A stretch of DNA of 64,000 nucleotides, taken from assembly GCA_965198065.1 (NCBI GenBank), contig CBDAON010000004.1, forward strand, positions 2,336,001 through 2,400,000, read 5' to 3'. This stretch comes from Longimicrobiales bacterium. GTDB lineage: Bacteria > Gemmatimonadota > Gemmatimonadetes > Longimicrobiales > Gaopeijiaceae. Of this stretch, positions 38,894 through 49,753 are shown piece after piece (position 1 is the first letter of the stretch; each line of letters opens with the position of its first letter). Made by a program: the position numbers and the translations under genes. The notes beneath the pieces are model-generated. The model saw nothing but the letters and a program-made list of their open reading frames with translations, did no database searches and had not been told where the DNA came from.

Positions 38894-39095
38894 ACGTATA
38901 CGTTAGTTCCCCTGCCGACGCCGGGCCACCTTTTCGCGTCGGGAGCGCCCGCCTCAGAAGGCCAGAGAAGCCCAGGGACCAGAGGTAGCGGACGAGCGTG
39001 CGCGCCTCCTCGTCTTCCAGCGGCGCCGGGGGCATGGCCGGCAGGAGACCTCGCCGCGAGCCGTGGGACCCCGAAGGCCCCTGCCCCCGGACGGG

Positions 39096-40067
39096 TCAGG
39101 GCTCGGCCGTCTGCCCCAGGACGGCCGCGATGAGGAGCACGCCGGCCGCCAGCGTCACCTCCCACGTCGCCCGTCGGCGCACCCCGCGCAGCCCCTCCTC
39201 GGTGTCCAACACGGGGAGCCCCCGCCGCCAGTTCAGCAGTCCCAGCAGGAACACCGCACCGGCGAGGAGGACTTTGACGGAGAGGATCCGTCCGTACGGC
39301 GAGCCCCACAGGTCCCCGACCGAGTCGAGGTGCGTCCAACTCAGGAGTGTGCCGGTCGCGACCAGGGCAGTCACGCTCACGATGGCCATGCGCGAGAAGC
39401 TGCGAAGCTGCGCCGCCAGAAGAGGGCCTCCGTCGAATCCCCCTTCGGGGCGTCCTACCGCAAGGATGAGGCCGAGCGAGCCGATCCAGGCGCCGGCCCC
39501 GAGCGCATGAACCCCGTCGGCCAGGATTGCCACGGCTCTCCCGGACTCCACCCCCATCGCATGGCTCGAGAGTGCGACGGTCGCCACGAGGAGGAGCACG
39601 AGCACGCCTACGGCCCACCAGGCAGGCGAGGTCCCGGATCGGACGTCCGTCGGGCGCGCCGGCGCGCCACCCTTCGTCCTCCCACCAAAGAGAGCGCCCG
39701 GGCGTGCGATCCAGAATGCGGCCGCGAGGAGCGGAAGGAGCGCTCCCTGCACCAGCCAGACCGTGCCCCAGAACGTGTCACGGACGAGGAACGAGACATC
39801 CTCGGAGAGAGGAACGAAGGGATCCCGGAACCCCATTACCTGGACGACCAATCGCAGGACCCAGACTAGGATCAGGAGAGCCACGGTGAGCGCTCCCACC
39901 GCGGCGATCCTTCGCTCGACCCTTTGAAGCCCGGGAACCTCGTGAGCTCCGAGCGCGCGCGCCGCCCCCGGCTGGACGACACCTCTCCACGCGACGCAGC
40001 CCACGGCGAGGGCTACGCCGACTAAGAGCAACCACTGTTGAAGGGAGGGAAGGAACCCTCCGGTCAC
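39096..40067 (-). CDS. copD: CopD-family copper resistance membrane protein
   Basis: LSSHA, DGVHALGAGAWIGSL, FSRMA, TGT...YGRILSVKV; directly downstream of copC. Confidence 0.85.
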   Translation of the reverse strand: MTGGFLPSLQQWLLLVGVALAVGCVAWRGVVQPGAARALGAHEVPGLQRVERRIAAVGALTVALLILVWVLRLVVQVMGFRDPFVPLSEDVSFLVRDTFWGTVWLVQGALLPLLAAAFWIARPGALFGGRTKGGAPARPTDVRSGTSPAWWAVGVLVLLLVATVALSSHAMGVESGRAVAILADGVHALGAGAWIGSLGLILAVGRPEGGFDGGPLLAAQLRSFSRMAIVSVTALVATGTLLSWTHLDSVGDLWGSPYGRILSVKVLLAGAVFLLGLLNWRRGLPVLDTEEGLRGVRRRATWEVTLAAGVLLIAAVLGQTAEP

Positions 40068-40483
40068 TCGGCCGCGACCCGGAAGCTGTAGCTGTCCCGG
40101 ACCACGTGGCCGTCCTGGGCCATCACACGCCATTGGACCACGTACGCCCCGGGCGGGAGCGGGGACTCGAAGGCGACGTAGACCTGCCGGTGGTCCTCCT
40201 CGTACGCGGAGGGAGGCGTTGTCGTCATGAGGGACCGTCCCGAGTCCACAACCCTCACCGTGGTCGCGCGCATCTGGGGCGGCTCGGTAAAGAAGAGGCG
40301 GACCTCGGCGACGGGCGCCGAGGCGATCGAATCCGGCCCCGGAATGGAGTGATCGAGCGCGAGGTGGCGCGGCAGGACTTCCGCGCCGGCCATCGGCGAG
40401 AGAGGGATGAGCTGCGCGAGAACGGCACCCACGGCCAAAGCTCCCACGAGGATTGGGATGCGGTGCGTCGCAGCGTATCTCAT
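40064..40483 (-). CDS. copC: CopC-family periplasmic copper-binding protein
   Basis: Signal peptide then HLALDHSIP, VRLFFTEP, GAYVVQWRVMAQDGHV. Confidence 0.88.
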   Translation of the reverse strand: MRYAATHRIPILVGALAVGAVLAQLIPLSPMAGAEVLPRHLALDHSIPGPDSIASAPVAEVRLFFTEPPQMRATTVRVVDSGRSLMTTTPPSAYEEDHRQVYVAFESPLPPGAYVVQWRVMAQDGHVVRDSYSFRVAAE

Positions 40484-40748
40484 CTCGGTCCTCCCTCGAG
40501 CGAAGAGGTTCGGATGGCTCGGACCCCCTAGACCGGTCGGAACAGGTCGGCGATCCTGGGTGGCCCTGGCGATGCTACCCCGGCGCGGGGCCCCGTGTCC
40601 CGGAGGGTGGGGACCCGCATGCGCGCGCTTGCCTTGTGGCAACCCCGGGAACAACCTTGGGGGTACCATAATACTCCCGACGCCGGAGCCCAAGGGGCTC
40701 GCCGGGGAACGTGAATCCTCTGACTCGCTCCCGGCCGAACCGAAGGAC

Positions 40749-41829
40749 ATGGACACACGCACGCGGGGGTTCGCGGCGCTGGCCGCTGCGGGCCTCGTCT
40801 TCTGCGCCTGCGAGGGCGAGGCCCCCGGTCCGGAGCCGGAAGCCGCGGAGCCACTTTCGCCGCTCGAGGGTCTCCACGTCGACACCGTCGCGACGGTAGG
40901 GGCCCCGGAGGGGCAGCCTTGGGAAGCGTTCGGAGGCATCTGGGAGGTCGCGGCAGCTCCCGACGGACGCTTTGCGGTGCTCGACATCGAGGCCGGCGCC
41001 GTCCACGTTCTACGACGCGACCGGAGCCCACCTGGGATCCGTCGCCGAGGCAGGACTGGAGCCCGGTCAGCTACGCCGTGCGACGGGGCTGGCCTGGAAC
41101 CCGAACGGCGAGCTCCTAGTCTGGGATCCGGGGGGGTCCTGGGTCTCGAGCTTCACAGTGAGTCCGGACGGCGTGAGCTTTGCGGACCGGCAACCCGCTT
41201 ACGCCTTCGGGGAGACGGGGTTCTGCGCGCTGGACGACCGGATCTACCTGAGCTACTTAGTGGAAGACCAGGTCGTCCACGAGATTAACGCCGAGGGGGC
41301 GGTGGCCCGCTCGTTCTCGCAGGCACCCGCCGTCGCGGGGATCGAGACGATCGCCGAGGATCTGAGGGCTCTCGCGCGCGAGGAGCTCACGCCGTCCAGG
41401 CTTCTCTGCCTCGCCGACCGCATCCTCGAGGTGAGCTACTTCCAGTCCCGGATCCAGCTCCACGACTCCGAGGGGTCGCTCGTCTGGAGCCGTGAGGTGG
41501 ACGAGTTCTCTCCGGTCGTGGCGTACAGCCCCGACAACATGGGGGTGGGTCTGCGATACGCGGAGGGGAGTGGGTCGCACCTGTCCCGCTCGGTGGTGCC
41601 CTGGGGGGTGGATCGTGCGCTCCTCCAGTACGAGCTCCGAACGCCTGGACCCCGCCCGGCTGGTGCGGACTACGAATCGCTGGAATCGCGCCTCATCCGG
41701 CTCGATACCGGCGAGGAAGTGGATCGGACGCGGGGCCTCCCCCTCTTTCTGGCCGGGTACGGAGATCGCCTCTACCAGGTCCGCCAGCTCCCCCTTCCTC
41801 AGGTCCTCGTTCTCGAGGGACGCGACTAG
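40749..41829 (+). CDS. Putative 6-bladed beta-propeller lipoprotein, frameshift near 41008
   Basis: FCAC lipobox; FGGIWEVAAAPDGRFAVLD continues as YDATGAHLGS...GLEPGQL...GELLVWD in another frame. Confidence 0.7.
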
Positions 41830-42372
41830 GGGCCGAGGGCCTCACGGGCTCCCCGAAGGGGCGTGTCGTGCTGGCATTTCGTTGCGACTGTAAGTGACCT
41901 TCGAGTTCAGCTCACGGCGTTCCGAGCAAGTTCCGGAAACACCTGGGACGGGTGTGTTTCGCCGGCTGGGCGTGCCTTCAGGGGGTGCGTGGGTCAGCCT
42001 GCCGGTCGCGGGACGGCGGTGCGCACACCCCGACCCTTCCACCACCGAGCGCGGGGGCGGCCGGGAAGATGAGCCCGGCGGACGAGCGGACGCGGCAGGC
42101 GGCCGAGGGGACGGTGCGGGGGCGGGGTTGCGGCGGGGTGGGGCGAGTCCTGCTCGAGGAGGAGTAGTTGCCCGGGACCGTGGGCCAGCTGCTCGCGAGC
42201 TCGCCGCTCGTGGCTGGGCCGGAGCGGATCTACCGGCGGATGCAGGAGCAGCGCGGGTAGTCGGCAGCCGGGGGCGGGAGGATCGGGTGGTGGACGCCGG
42301 AGCACGAACCGCAGGCACGGTGGTCGGTCGGGCCCGAGGTGTGCCCGCCTGCGCACGGACGGTCCCGCCGAC

Positions 42373-43500
42373 TCACGGAGTCGAGCGTGCCTGAACGGCC
42401 CGGCGTCCGGGCCCGCCGGACGCTTCGGGGGTTGCCGCACTCCCGCGAGCACGACGCAGGACGTCGCCCTCGGCGCGCCGGCCCGAGCCTCCCGCGAAGG
42501 GCGCGGAGGAAGGCGCTCCGACGTTGCCCCTCCGTTGAGCCTCGGAAGCGGGGGCCACCGGCTTGAGCTGGGTGATCCGTCGGGGCGCCGCCTGGGGTGT
42601 CGCGCTGGGGGTCGCCTGGGGAGCGGCTCTGGGTGTCGCTCCGCGCGTCGCCTGGGGCGCCGGGACACCCCTCACCGCAGTCGCCTGCGAAGCAGCGTCG
42701 CCTCGGGGCACGGCGCGGCGCGGTGGGCGCCCGGATTCACCCGGGGGAGGCTCGTCGATCCACCCGGCCGTTCCAATCGTGAGACCACCGGCCCAGGGGC
42801 GGCCGCGTTCGACGACACGGGGCGGCGGCTCCTGAACGGCCCAGGGCTCCGGCGAGACCACGTAGATCGATCTCGGCGCGCGGGGCCGGCTCCCGTGCGA
42901 GACGCCCCAGCTTCCGGTCCAGCCGAAGGCGAAGATCCACCGTGGCCCGTAGTGCGGCTGCGGCGCGTAGTACGGCCAATGCCGTACTGGGCGCGCCTGT
43001 CCGAACGAGACGCGGAACGGGTCGTACCAGGGCCGCCAGACGGGCCCCGGCCACCAGAACGAGACCCGGATCCAGGACGATACGGGTCCCCAATCGCACG
43101 CCGGCCAGTACGCGAACCAGGGGTCCCACCATGCGGACCAGCACGACACTCCGATCCGTGCCAGGCGCGGGCGCCCCCGCCGGGGATGGGAATACGAGTA
43201 ACCGAGCCAGGCCCGGGCCAGAGGATCGCGGGTCACGCCCGTGCTCACGCCCAGGACGCGTATCGGGAGAAACGCGTCCATGATGCCGGCCCCCGGGGCC
43301 CCGATCGCTCCGACGGTCGCTCCATCGCCTCGCGCGGCCAGGGGCGAAAAGCCCTGGGCCGCGACAGAGCCGTGGGGCAGGAGGACCAACCCGGTCATTA
43401 CCGTGACGAGGAGACCGGTGCGTTCGAGGAGACGGTGTACCGCCGCCCGCCGGGGCTCGGCGGGACTTCTGGATTGTGGATCGGCGAAGAAGCTGGGCAT
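42373..43500 (-). CDS. Hypothetical exported protein with Trp/Tyr/Pro-rich segment and disordered repetitive tail
   Basis: RBS ggagg before ATG 43500, hydrophobic segment, WSAWWDPWFAYWP, QATP/RAAP repeats. Confidence 0.5.
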   Translation of the reverse strand: MPSFFADPQSRSPAEPRRAAVHRLLERTGLLVTVMTGLVLLPHGSVAAQGFSPLAARGDGATVGAIGAPGAGIMDAFLPIRVLGVSTGVTRDPLARAWLGYSYSHPRRGRPRLARIGVSCWSAWWDPWFAYWPACDWGPVSSWIRVSFWWPGPVWRPWYDPFRVSFGQARPVRHWPYYAPQPHYGPRWIFAFGWTGSWGVSHGSRPRAPRSIYVVSPEPWAVQEPPPRVVERGRPWAGGLTIGTAGWIDEPPPGESGRPPRRAVPRGDAASQATAVRGVPAPQATRGATPRAAPQATPSATPQAAPRRITQLKPVAPASEAQRRGNVGAPSSAPFAGGSGRRAEGDVLRRARGSAATPEASGGPGRRAVQARSTP

Positions 43501-43965
43501 GAGGACCTCCCGCGCTCGTGAGCGGAGGAAATCAACTACCACCACGTCCGACGGACGCAGAGACCGTGCCACTGGATGGGGAGAGGAACGGCGCGCCTTT
43601 CGGGACCCTCGTGCGAGGGGGCGTGCAGCGGGGGGGACGCCCCCCTGTCTCCCGCGGAGGACGGTCGCGCGCCTCATCGGCCGAACAGTCGGTCGAGCAG
43701 GACCAGGACCGCGAACAGGACGAACGGCGTGGCCGCCAGGACCAGCGGGCCGAGCCAGCGACGCCCGCCTACTTGCGGATCGCTCGAATCGCCCCTCTCT
43801 TGTTCACGTGCGGACGCGCCGCCGGGCGACGGAGAGGGGGTGGGTTGGGTAGAGGCGCTCATCACTCTCGGTCTCTTTGAACCCTTCGGTCTCCCCAAGG
43901 GTTCCGTCAAGCAGCTGGGGTCCCGGAACTTCGTTTCGTTTCATCGTCCTTTCGACAGCGGGAAC

Positions 43966-45105
43966 GTGACCGACGACCAGTGGTTGGGCGTGCTGGAGGT
44001 GCTCTCCGGCGGCTCCGGCTTTGTGCGCCGGAAGAGCGCCGGATACGCGCCGAGCAACGACGACGTGTACGTGAGCGGAAAGCTCGTCTCGAAGTTCGGG
44101 CTCCGGACGGGAGACGAGCTCTGGGGGGCGGTCGGCGGACGGCCGCGGAACGGCAAGGCACCGCCCCTCGCCCGACTGGACCTGGTGAACGGCCGCTCGC
44201 CCCAGGACGCGGTGGATCGGCCGCAGTTCGATCGGCTCGGCGCCATGCACCCCGACGAACAGCTCGTCCTCGAGTGCGACATCCGGATGCGTGGGGAGCC
44301 CGACTACACGAACCGCGTGATCGACCTCTTCTGCCCCCTAGGGAAGGGTCAACGCGCGATGATCGTGGCGCCCTCGAAGGCTGGGAAGACCACCGTCCTT
44401 CAGCGAGTCGCCGAGGGTATTGTGAGGAATCACCCTTCGATCACCCTCTTCATGCTGCTCGTGGACGAGCGACCGGAAGAGATCACCGAGATGGAGGCGT
44501 GCGGGTTCGGCGAGGTTATGGCGTCGTCGTTCGACAATCCGGCGGAGCGCCATACGGCTGTGGCGGAGGTCACGCTAGAGAGGGCGCGCAGGAAGGTCGA
44601 GCTTGGGGAAGACGTCGTGATAATCCTGGATTCGATCACGCGGATGGCGAGGGCCTACAACACGGTTGAAGAGGGAAGCGGCCGGACCCTCACCGGGGGG
44701 CTCGACGCCACCGCCCTGGAGAAGCCGAAGCGGTTCCTCGGGAGCGCCAGACGGATCGACCCAACCCGCGGAGGCTCGCTCACCATCGTGGCGACGGCCC
44801 TCGTGGATACCGGGTCCCGTATGGACCAGGTCATCTTCGAGGAGTTCAAGGGCACGGGGAACAGCGAGCTCCTGCTCAGCCGCGAGCTCGCGGACAAGCG
44901 AATCTTCCCGGCCATCGACATCGTGGCCTCCGCCACGCGTCGAGAGGAGCTCTTATTCACGCCCGAGGCCCTCGCCGTCTCGCGCGCGCTCCGGCGCCAG
45001 TTCGCCGGCAAGGCCCCCGCCGATGCCATGAACGAGCTGCTTCACGTCATGAAGAAGACGAAGACGAAATCGGAGCTGCTCGAGCTCAGTCGCGCCCGGA
45101 TGTAA
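43966..45105 (+). CDS. rho: Transcription termination factor Rho, short form (start uncertain)
   Basis: DDVYVS...FGLRTGD, GKGQRAMIVAPSKAGKT, LVDERPEE, LDSITRMARAYN, EEFKGTGN. Confidence 0.93.
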   Translation: MTDDQWLGVLEVLSGGSGFVRRKSAGYAPSNDDVYVSGKLVSKFGLRTGDELWGAVGGRPRNGKAPPLARLDLVNGRSPQDAVDRPQFDRLGAMHPDEQLVLECDIRMRGEPDYTNRVIDLFCPLGKGQRAMIVAPSKAGKTTVLQRVAEGIVRNHPSITLFMLLVDERPEEITEMEACGFGEVMASSFDNPAERHTAVAEVTLERARRKVELGEDVVIILDSITRMARAYNTVEEGSGRTLTGGLDATALEKPKRFLGSARRIDPTRGGSLTIVATALVDTGSRMDQVIFEEFKGTGNSELLLSRELADKRIFPAIDIVASATRREELLFTPEALAVSRALRRQFAGKAPADAMNELLHVMKKTKTKSELLELSRARM

Positions 45106-45754
45106 CGGCCGGTGATCCGGGGGGCGGCGGCTCGGATTCGCCGAGCGGTGGCTCGAGGAGCGCCTTCAGGGCCGCGAGGGATGCCTCCATCTGCGCACTC
45201 TGGAGCTCGTTCATGCGTCTCGCCAGATAGCCCAGAAGGGGGTTCCACCCGAAGTCCCCGTCCTCTTGCCACTCGAGTATCGTGCCGTCACCCTCGCGCT
45301 CGAGCACAATGCGCCCTTGAATCCGGATCGCTCCGCCCTCCACGAGAACCAGGTAGGTCACCTGGCGGGTCGGAGCGCTTGCGGTCACGACGAACTCCCC
45401 ATTGCCGTAGAGGGGATCGTTCCACCGGCGGCCGGACCCCGGTCCTTCAGGCGGCCCGAACAACTCGACGCCCGTCTCCGGCGACGGTGTCCAGTCTCCC
45501 CAGCGCTCGGCGCGGGAGAGGAAGGGGAAGACGGCCTCGGGGGGGGCGGCGATCCGGGTGCTCCGCTCGGCGTTCCATCCGCTCGGGAGTAGGAAGCCGA
45601 CGACCAGGATCGCGATGAAGAGGAGCGCCAACGAGCCGAGCACGAGCCCCGCAACGCGGTAGGGGTGATGCGTCGGGCCGTCCCCCAGACGACCGCGGGT
45701 GGCCTCCCGGGGCTCGCCCGGACCGGGAGGATGCTCACCCCTCCGCTCCGGCAT
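45086..45754 (-). CDS. SRPBCC (START/polyketide cyclase) family protein
   Basis: TM anchor then ERSTRIAAPPEAVFPFL...WTP...GPGSGRRW. Confidence 0.78.
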   Translation of the reverse strand: MPERRGEHPPGPGEPREATRGRLGDGPTHHPYRVAGLVLGSLALLFIAILVVGFLLPSGWNAERSTRIAAPPEAVFPFLSRAERWGDWTPSPETGVELFGPPEGPGSGRRWNDPLYGNGEFVVTASAPTRQVTYLVLVEGGAIRIQGRIVLEREGDGTILEWQEDGDFGWNPLLGYLARRMNELQSAQMEASLAALKALLEPPLGESEPPPPGSPAVTSGRD

Positions 45755-46512
45755 CAGGGCTGGCCCCGTGACTGGCGCTCCGCCGCGACGCGGAAGATCG
45801 AATCCAGTGTGGTCCAGGCATTCTCCGCCATGCGGCGGTGCCCTTCCGCGGTGGGGTGGATCCCGTCGGCCTGGTTCAGCCCCGGGACCCCGCCGACCGC
45901 GTCGAGAAGAAGGGGGGTGAGAGCAACACTCCGGTCCCCGGCCACCCGGGGGAAGGCTTCGCGGAATCGCGTGGCGTACTCGGGCCCCAGGTTCGGTGGC
46001 GCCTCCATCTGGACCAGCACGATCTCGGTTTCCGGGTGGCTCTCCCGGACCCGGGAGACGATCGCATCAAGATTCGCCGCCATGTCGTCTGTGGGAATGG
46101 CGCGAAGCCCGTCGTTCGCCCCGGTCTCGACCACGAGCACGTCGGGGGACTGTCGGAGGATCCAGTCCACGCGCCGGAGCGCGCCTGCGCTGGTCTCTCC
46201 CGAGAGGCCCGCGTTCACGACCTCCACGTCGTGGCCCGCGGACCGCGCGAGCGCCCCCACCTGCGAGGGCCACGCCTCCAGCGCTGGGTCCACGAGTCCG
46301 AGCCCCTCGGTGAGGCTTGTCCCTAGAAAGACGACGCGAAGGGCGCCCCCGGCTGACTCGGCTTCGCTCTGCGAGAGAGAACCTTCGGTGCCGAACGGGC
46401 GTACCACTTCCGTCCCGCTCGCGGCGCGCTCGGCGGACGGGATCACCTCGGCTTCCTCGGGCGCGCATCCGGAAAGGGCGCCCACGGAGGCGAGGAGCCA
46501 GAACGTCGCCAT
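45754..46512 (-). CDS. Arylesterase / TesA-like SGNH hydrolase, lipoprotein
   Basis: FLGTSLTEG, NAGLSGETSAG, GANDGLR, DGIHP; LSGC lipobox. Confidence 0.9.
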   Translation of the reverse strand: MATFWLLASVGALSGCAPEEAEVIPSAERAASGTEVVRPFGTEGSLSQSEAESAGGALRVVFLGTSLTEGLGLVDPALEAWPSQVGALARSAGHDVEVVNAGLSGETSAGALRRVDWILRQSPDVLVVETGANDGLRAIPTDDMAANLDAIVSRVRESHPETEIVLVQMEAPPNLGPEYATRFREAFPRVAGDRSVALTPLLLDAVGGVPGLNQADGIHPTAEGHRRMAENAWTTLDSIFRVAAERQSRGQP

Positions 46513-47194
46513 GCGCATCGAGCTATCCGGGGTCGTGAAGGAGTACCGTAGCGGAAGCCACACCCTCCAGATCCTGAACGGCATCGACCTCACCGTCGAG
46601 TCGGGATCGGCGGTGACCGTGGTGGGTCCCTCGGGGAGTGGCAAGACCACGCTCCTCGGTCTGATGGCCGGGCTCGATCACCCGACGCAGGGGGAGATTC
46701 GCCTGGGGAACACCCTCCTGTCGAGTCTTACCGAAGACGGGCGTGCGGGGTTTCGGGCGGCCCACGTCGGGTTTGTCTTCCAGACGTTTCACCTCCTGGA
46801 GTCCCTTTCGGCTGTGGAGAACGTTCAGATCCCGCTCGAGCTCTCCCCACGCTCCCGTCTCTCGTCCACGCAGGTGCATCGGCGGGCCGCCGAGTTCCTG
46901 GACCGGGTGGGGCTCGGTGACAGGATGGACCACTATCCGGGACAGCTCTCAGGCGGAGAGCAGCAGCGGGTCGGGCTGGCGAGGGCGTTCGTGTCGGAGC
47001 CGAGCGTCCTGTTTGCCGACGAGCCCACGGGCAATCTGGACCGAAAGACGGGCGCTTTAGTCGGCCGGCTCCTTCGGGAGCTGAACGGCGAGCGGGGAAC
47101 AACCATGGTCCTCGTGACGCACGACGAAGCCCTCGCCGAAGGCGCGGACCGCGTCCTCCACATGAAGGGTGGCCGGCTCGAGGAGGTCGGGTGA
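46511..47194 (+). CDS. ABC transporter ATP-binding protein (YbbA/LolD-like)
   Basis: GPSGSGKT, LSGGEQQRV, FADEPTGNLD, VTHD. Confidence 0.93.
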   Translation: MRIELSGVVKEYRSGSHTLQILNGIDLTVESGSAVTVVGPSGSGKTTLLGLMAGLDHPTQGEIRLGNTLLSSLTEDGRAGFRAAHVGFVFQTFHLLESLSAVENVQIPLELSPRSRLSSTQVHRRAAEFLDRVGLGDRMDHYPGQLSGGEQQRVGLARAFVSEPSVLFADEPTGNLDRKTGALVGRLLRELNGERGTTMVLVTHDEALAEGADRVLHMKGGRLEEVG

Positions 47195-49748
47195 CGGTGC
47201 CGTTCGCGCTCCGGCACGCCTATCGCGAGGGGCGGTCTGGGATTCGTCGCGTGGGGTGGTTCCTCGCCGCCGTCTCGATGGGCGTGGGCGTTCTCGTCGC
47301 CCTCTACGGGTTTCAGCGGGACGCGGCGGAGTCCGCTCGCGCGGAGGCTCGATTCATCCTCGGCGGGGACGTGAGACTGCAGGCGGCGACGCCGTTCGAC
47401 CCGACGGTGGAGGCTCTCCTGGACTCGCTGGCGGCTCGTGGAGCCGTGGTCGCCCGGGGGGTCACGCTGGCCTCGATCGTCCAGGCTCCGGGGTCGGGGA
47501 CGGCTCGTCTCCTCCAGGTGAACGGAATCGATGACCGTTTCCCGGCCGCCGGGGTCGCCACGGGCGAGCCGGCAGACGTACCCCGGCAGCTGGCCCGGGG
47601 TGGCGGGCTCGCCGCGGACGGGCAGGTGCTCCTCCAGCTCCGCGTAGAGCCGGGGGACTCCGTACGGATCGGAACCACCCGGCTGGAGGTCCTGGGGGAG
47701 ATCCGGGACGTGCCCGTCGACCTGGAGCTCCAGTGGGCCGTCGGCCCACCGGTGTTCGTGTCCCTGGACGACGTCGAGGCCGCGGGGGTGCTCACGTTCG
47801 GAAGCCTCGCGCGCTACCGGGCGTGGGTCGCGCTTCCGGCCGGATCGGACATCCGGGGATTCGTGCGCACGTATCGCGGGCCTCTCAGGGCCTAGGGCGT
47901 CAGCCTCCGCACGGCGGAGCAGGAGCCAACGCGCTCGAGTCCGGCTTCGAGGAGCTGGCGCGCTTTCTGAGCCTGGTAGGCCTAATGGCGCTGATCCTCG
48001 GAGGGATCGGGGTCGGAAGCGCCGTGAACGTGTACCTTCGAGAAAAGGGGCCCACGATCGCGGTGCTCCGCTGCCTCGGCGCCGGTCGAAGGACGCTCGT
48101 TTCGGCCTATCTCGTTCAGACCGCCGGTCTCGGGGTGGTGGGCGCGGGGGTCGGGGTCGTGTGGGGTGTCGCGGCGCAGCTCTCCCTTCCTGGGCTACTC
48201 GCGCCCGTTCTGCCCTTCGATCTCACGGCCACGGTGCGTCCCGAGGGAGTTGTGCTCGGGCTCATCCTGGGGACGTGGGTCGCGGTCGTGTTCTCGCTTC
48301 TCCCGCTCCTCGGAGTCCACCGGATCTCTCCGCTGGCCGCTCTCCGCCCCCCCGGGAGCGAGGAGAACGGACGCGTCGGGGTCCTCGCGGTGGTGGTGGG
48401 CGCCCTCGTGTGGCTCAGCGTCTTCGGGCTCGCCTGGGTCCAGCTCGGGGGAGCCGAACCGGCCGCGATCGTCACAGCCGGCCTCACGGGCGTGTTCGTG
48501 GTGCTCGCGGCCGTTGCCCTGGCCCTCGCGCGCGCCGCGCGGACGCTCGTCCCCAGGGCCTGCGCCGTTTCCGGTCCGTCAGGGCCTGAGCGGCCTCTTT
48601 CGGCCGGGTAACCAGACCCCGGCGGTCGTTACGGCGCTCGGGCTCGGGGCGTTCCTGATCGGGGCCCTCCTCGTGGTCGAGGACGGCCTTAGAGCGGAGC
48701 TCCGGGTCCAGCTGGACGACGATCAGCCCTCCCTCGTTCTCTTCGACATCCAGAGCGACCAGACCACAGATGTGAGAGGGATTCTTCAGAGCGAGGGGCT
48801 TCCGGACGATCTCGTGCCCATCGTCCCCGCCCGGCTGTCGGAGGTCGCGGGGGAGTCGGTCTCCGACCTCTTGACCCAGCGTCGCAGGGGGCCGAGTTGG
48901 ATGTACCGGCGGCTCTACCGCAACACGTACCGGGGGGAGCTCGGTCCCGCCGAGCGGCTGCTCTCCGGAAGCTGGTGGGGAGAGGGGGGAGAGGATCCGC
49001 GGGTCACGCAGGCGCTGGGGTCGGGGGGCGTTCGGGTGTCGCTCGAGCGGGAGCTCGCCGAAGACCTGGGTGTGGGGCTCGGGGACGTCATCGAGTGGGA
49101 CGTCCAGGGCGTCCCCATCCGGTCGGTGGTGAGCTCGGTGCGCGAGGTGGAGTGGGCGTCGTTCCAACCCAACTTCTATGCCGTGTTCGAGCCGGGCTCG
49201 ATCGATGACGCGCCGGCCACCTTCGTGTCTCTGGTGCGCGCGGACGATCCGGCCGTTCGAGAGCGGATTCAGAGGGCGGTCCTGACGGACTTTCCGAACG
49301 TGTCGTTTCTGGACGTCGCCCTCGTGCGAGAGGCGCTCCAGCGCATCGCGAGCCAGGTGACGCTCGTGCTCAGGTCCATGGCCGGGTTCGTGCTGGGCGG
49401 AGGGGGGCTCGTGCTGCTCGCGTCGCTCATGACCACGCGCTTCAAGCGCCGAAGGGAGAGTGCGCTCCTGAAGACCCTGGGCGCGTCGAGCGCCGTGATA
49501 CGGAGAGTGCTCCTCTGGGAGTACGTCGCGATCGGCACGATCGGTGGCGCAGCGGGAGTCGCGCTCGCGGCGCTCGGAGGCAACTCTCTCCTTGGCTGGC
49601 AGTTCGACCTGACGGAACGCTGCCCTGGACCACGCTCCTGGCGCTCTGGGGCGGGATCGTCGTCCTGGCCGTCGCCGTGGGCTGGTCCGTGAGCGGTCCA
49701 GTCCTCCGTGCCACCCCGGTCTCCGTCCTCGGAGAGGAGCGGAGCTGA
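47191..49748 (+). pseudogene. ABC permease (YbbP/FtsX-like), broken by TAG at 47893 and frameshifts near 47920, 48560 and 49620
   Basis: ILGGDV, FLSLVGLMALILGGIGV...IAVLRCLGA, RPGNQT, LFDIQSDQ, RRRESALLKTLGA in successive frames. Confidence 0.8.
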
Positions 49749-49753
49749 CGCCC

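Noticed and set aside
41872..41886. Sigma-54 promoter tggcatttcgttgc
   Set aside because: GG to GC spacing is 9 nt instead of the required 10, and no credible gene follows.
41894..42394. Short ORFs on both strands between the propeller gene and the Trp-rich gene
   Set aside because: No recognisable motif or RBS; the best-looking frame (from 42069) has an internal TAG; at most a decayed remnant.
46500..46520. Overlapping divergent starts of the arylesterase and ABC ATPase as a novelty
   Set aside because: Matches the known tesA-ybbA-ybbP arrangement.
27200..47895. TAG recoding or readthrough suggested by in-frame TAGs in the transposase and permease
   Set aside because: Many intact genes here end at TAG (e.g. 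FecR, PQQ dehydrogenase, prfC), and both affected genes also carry frameshifts.
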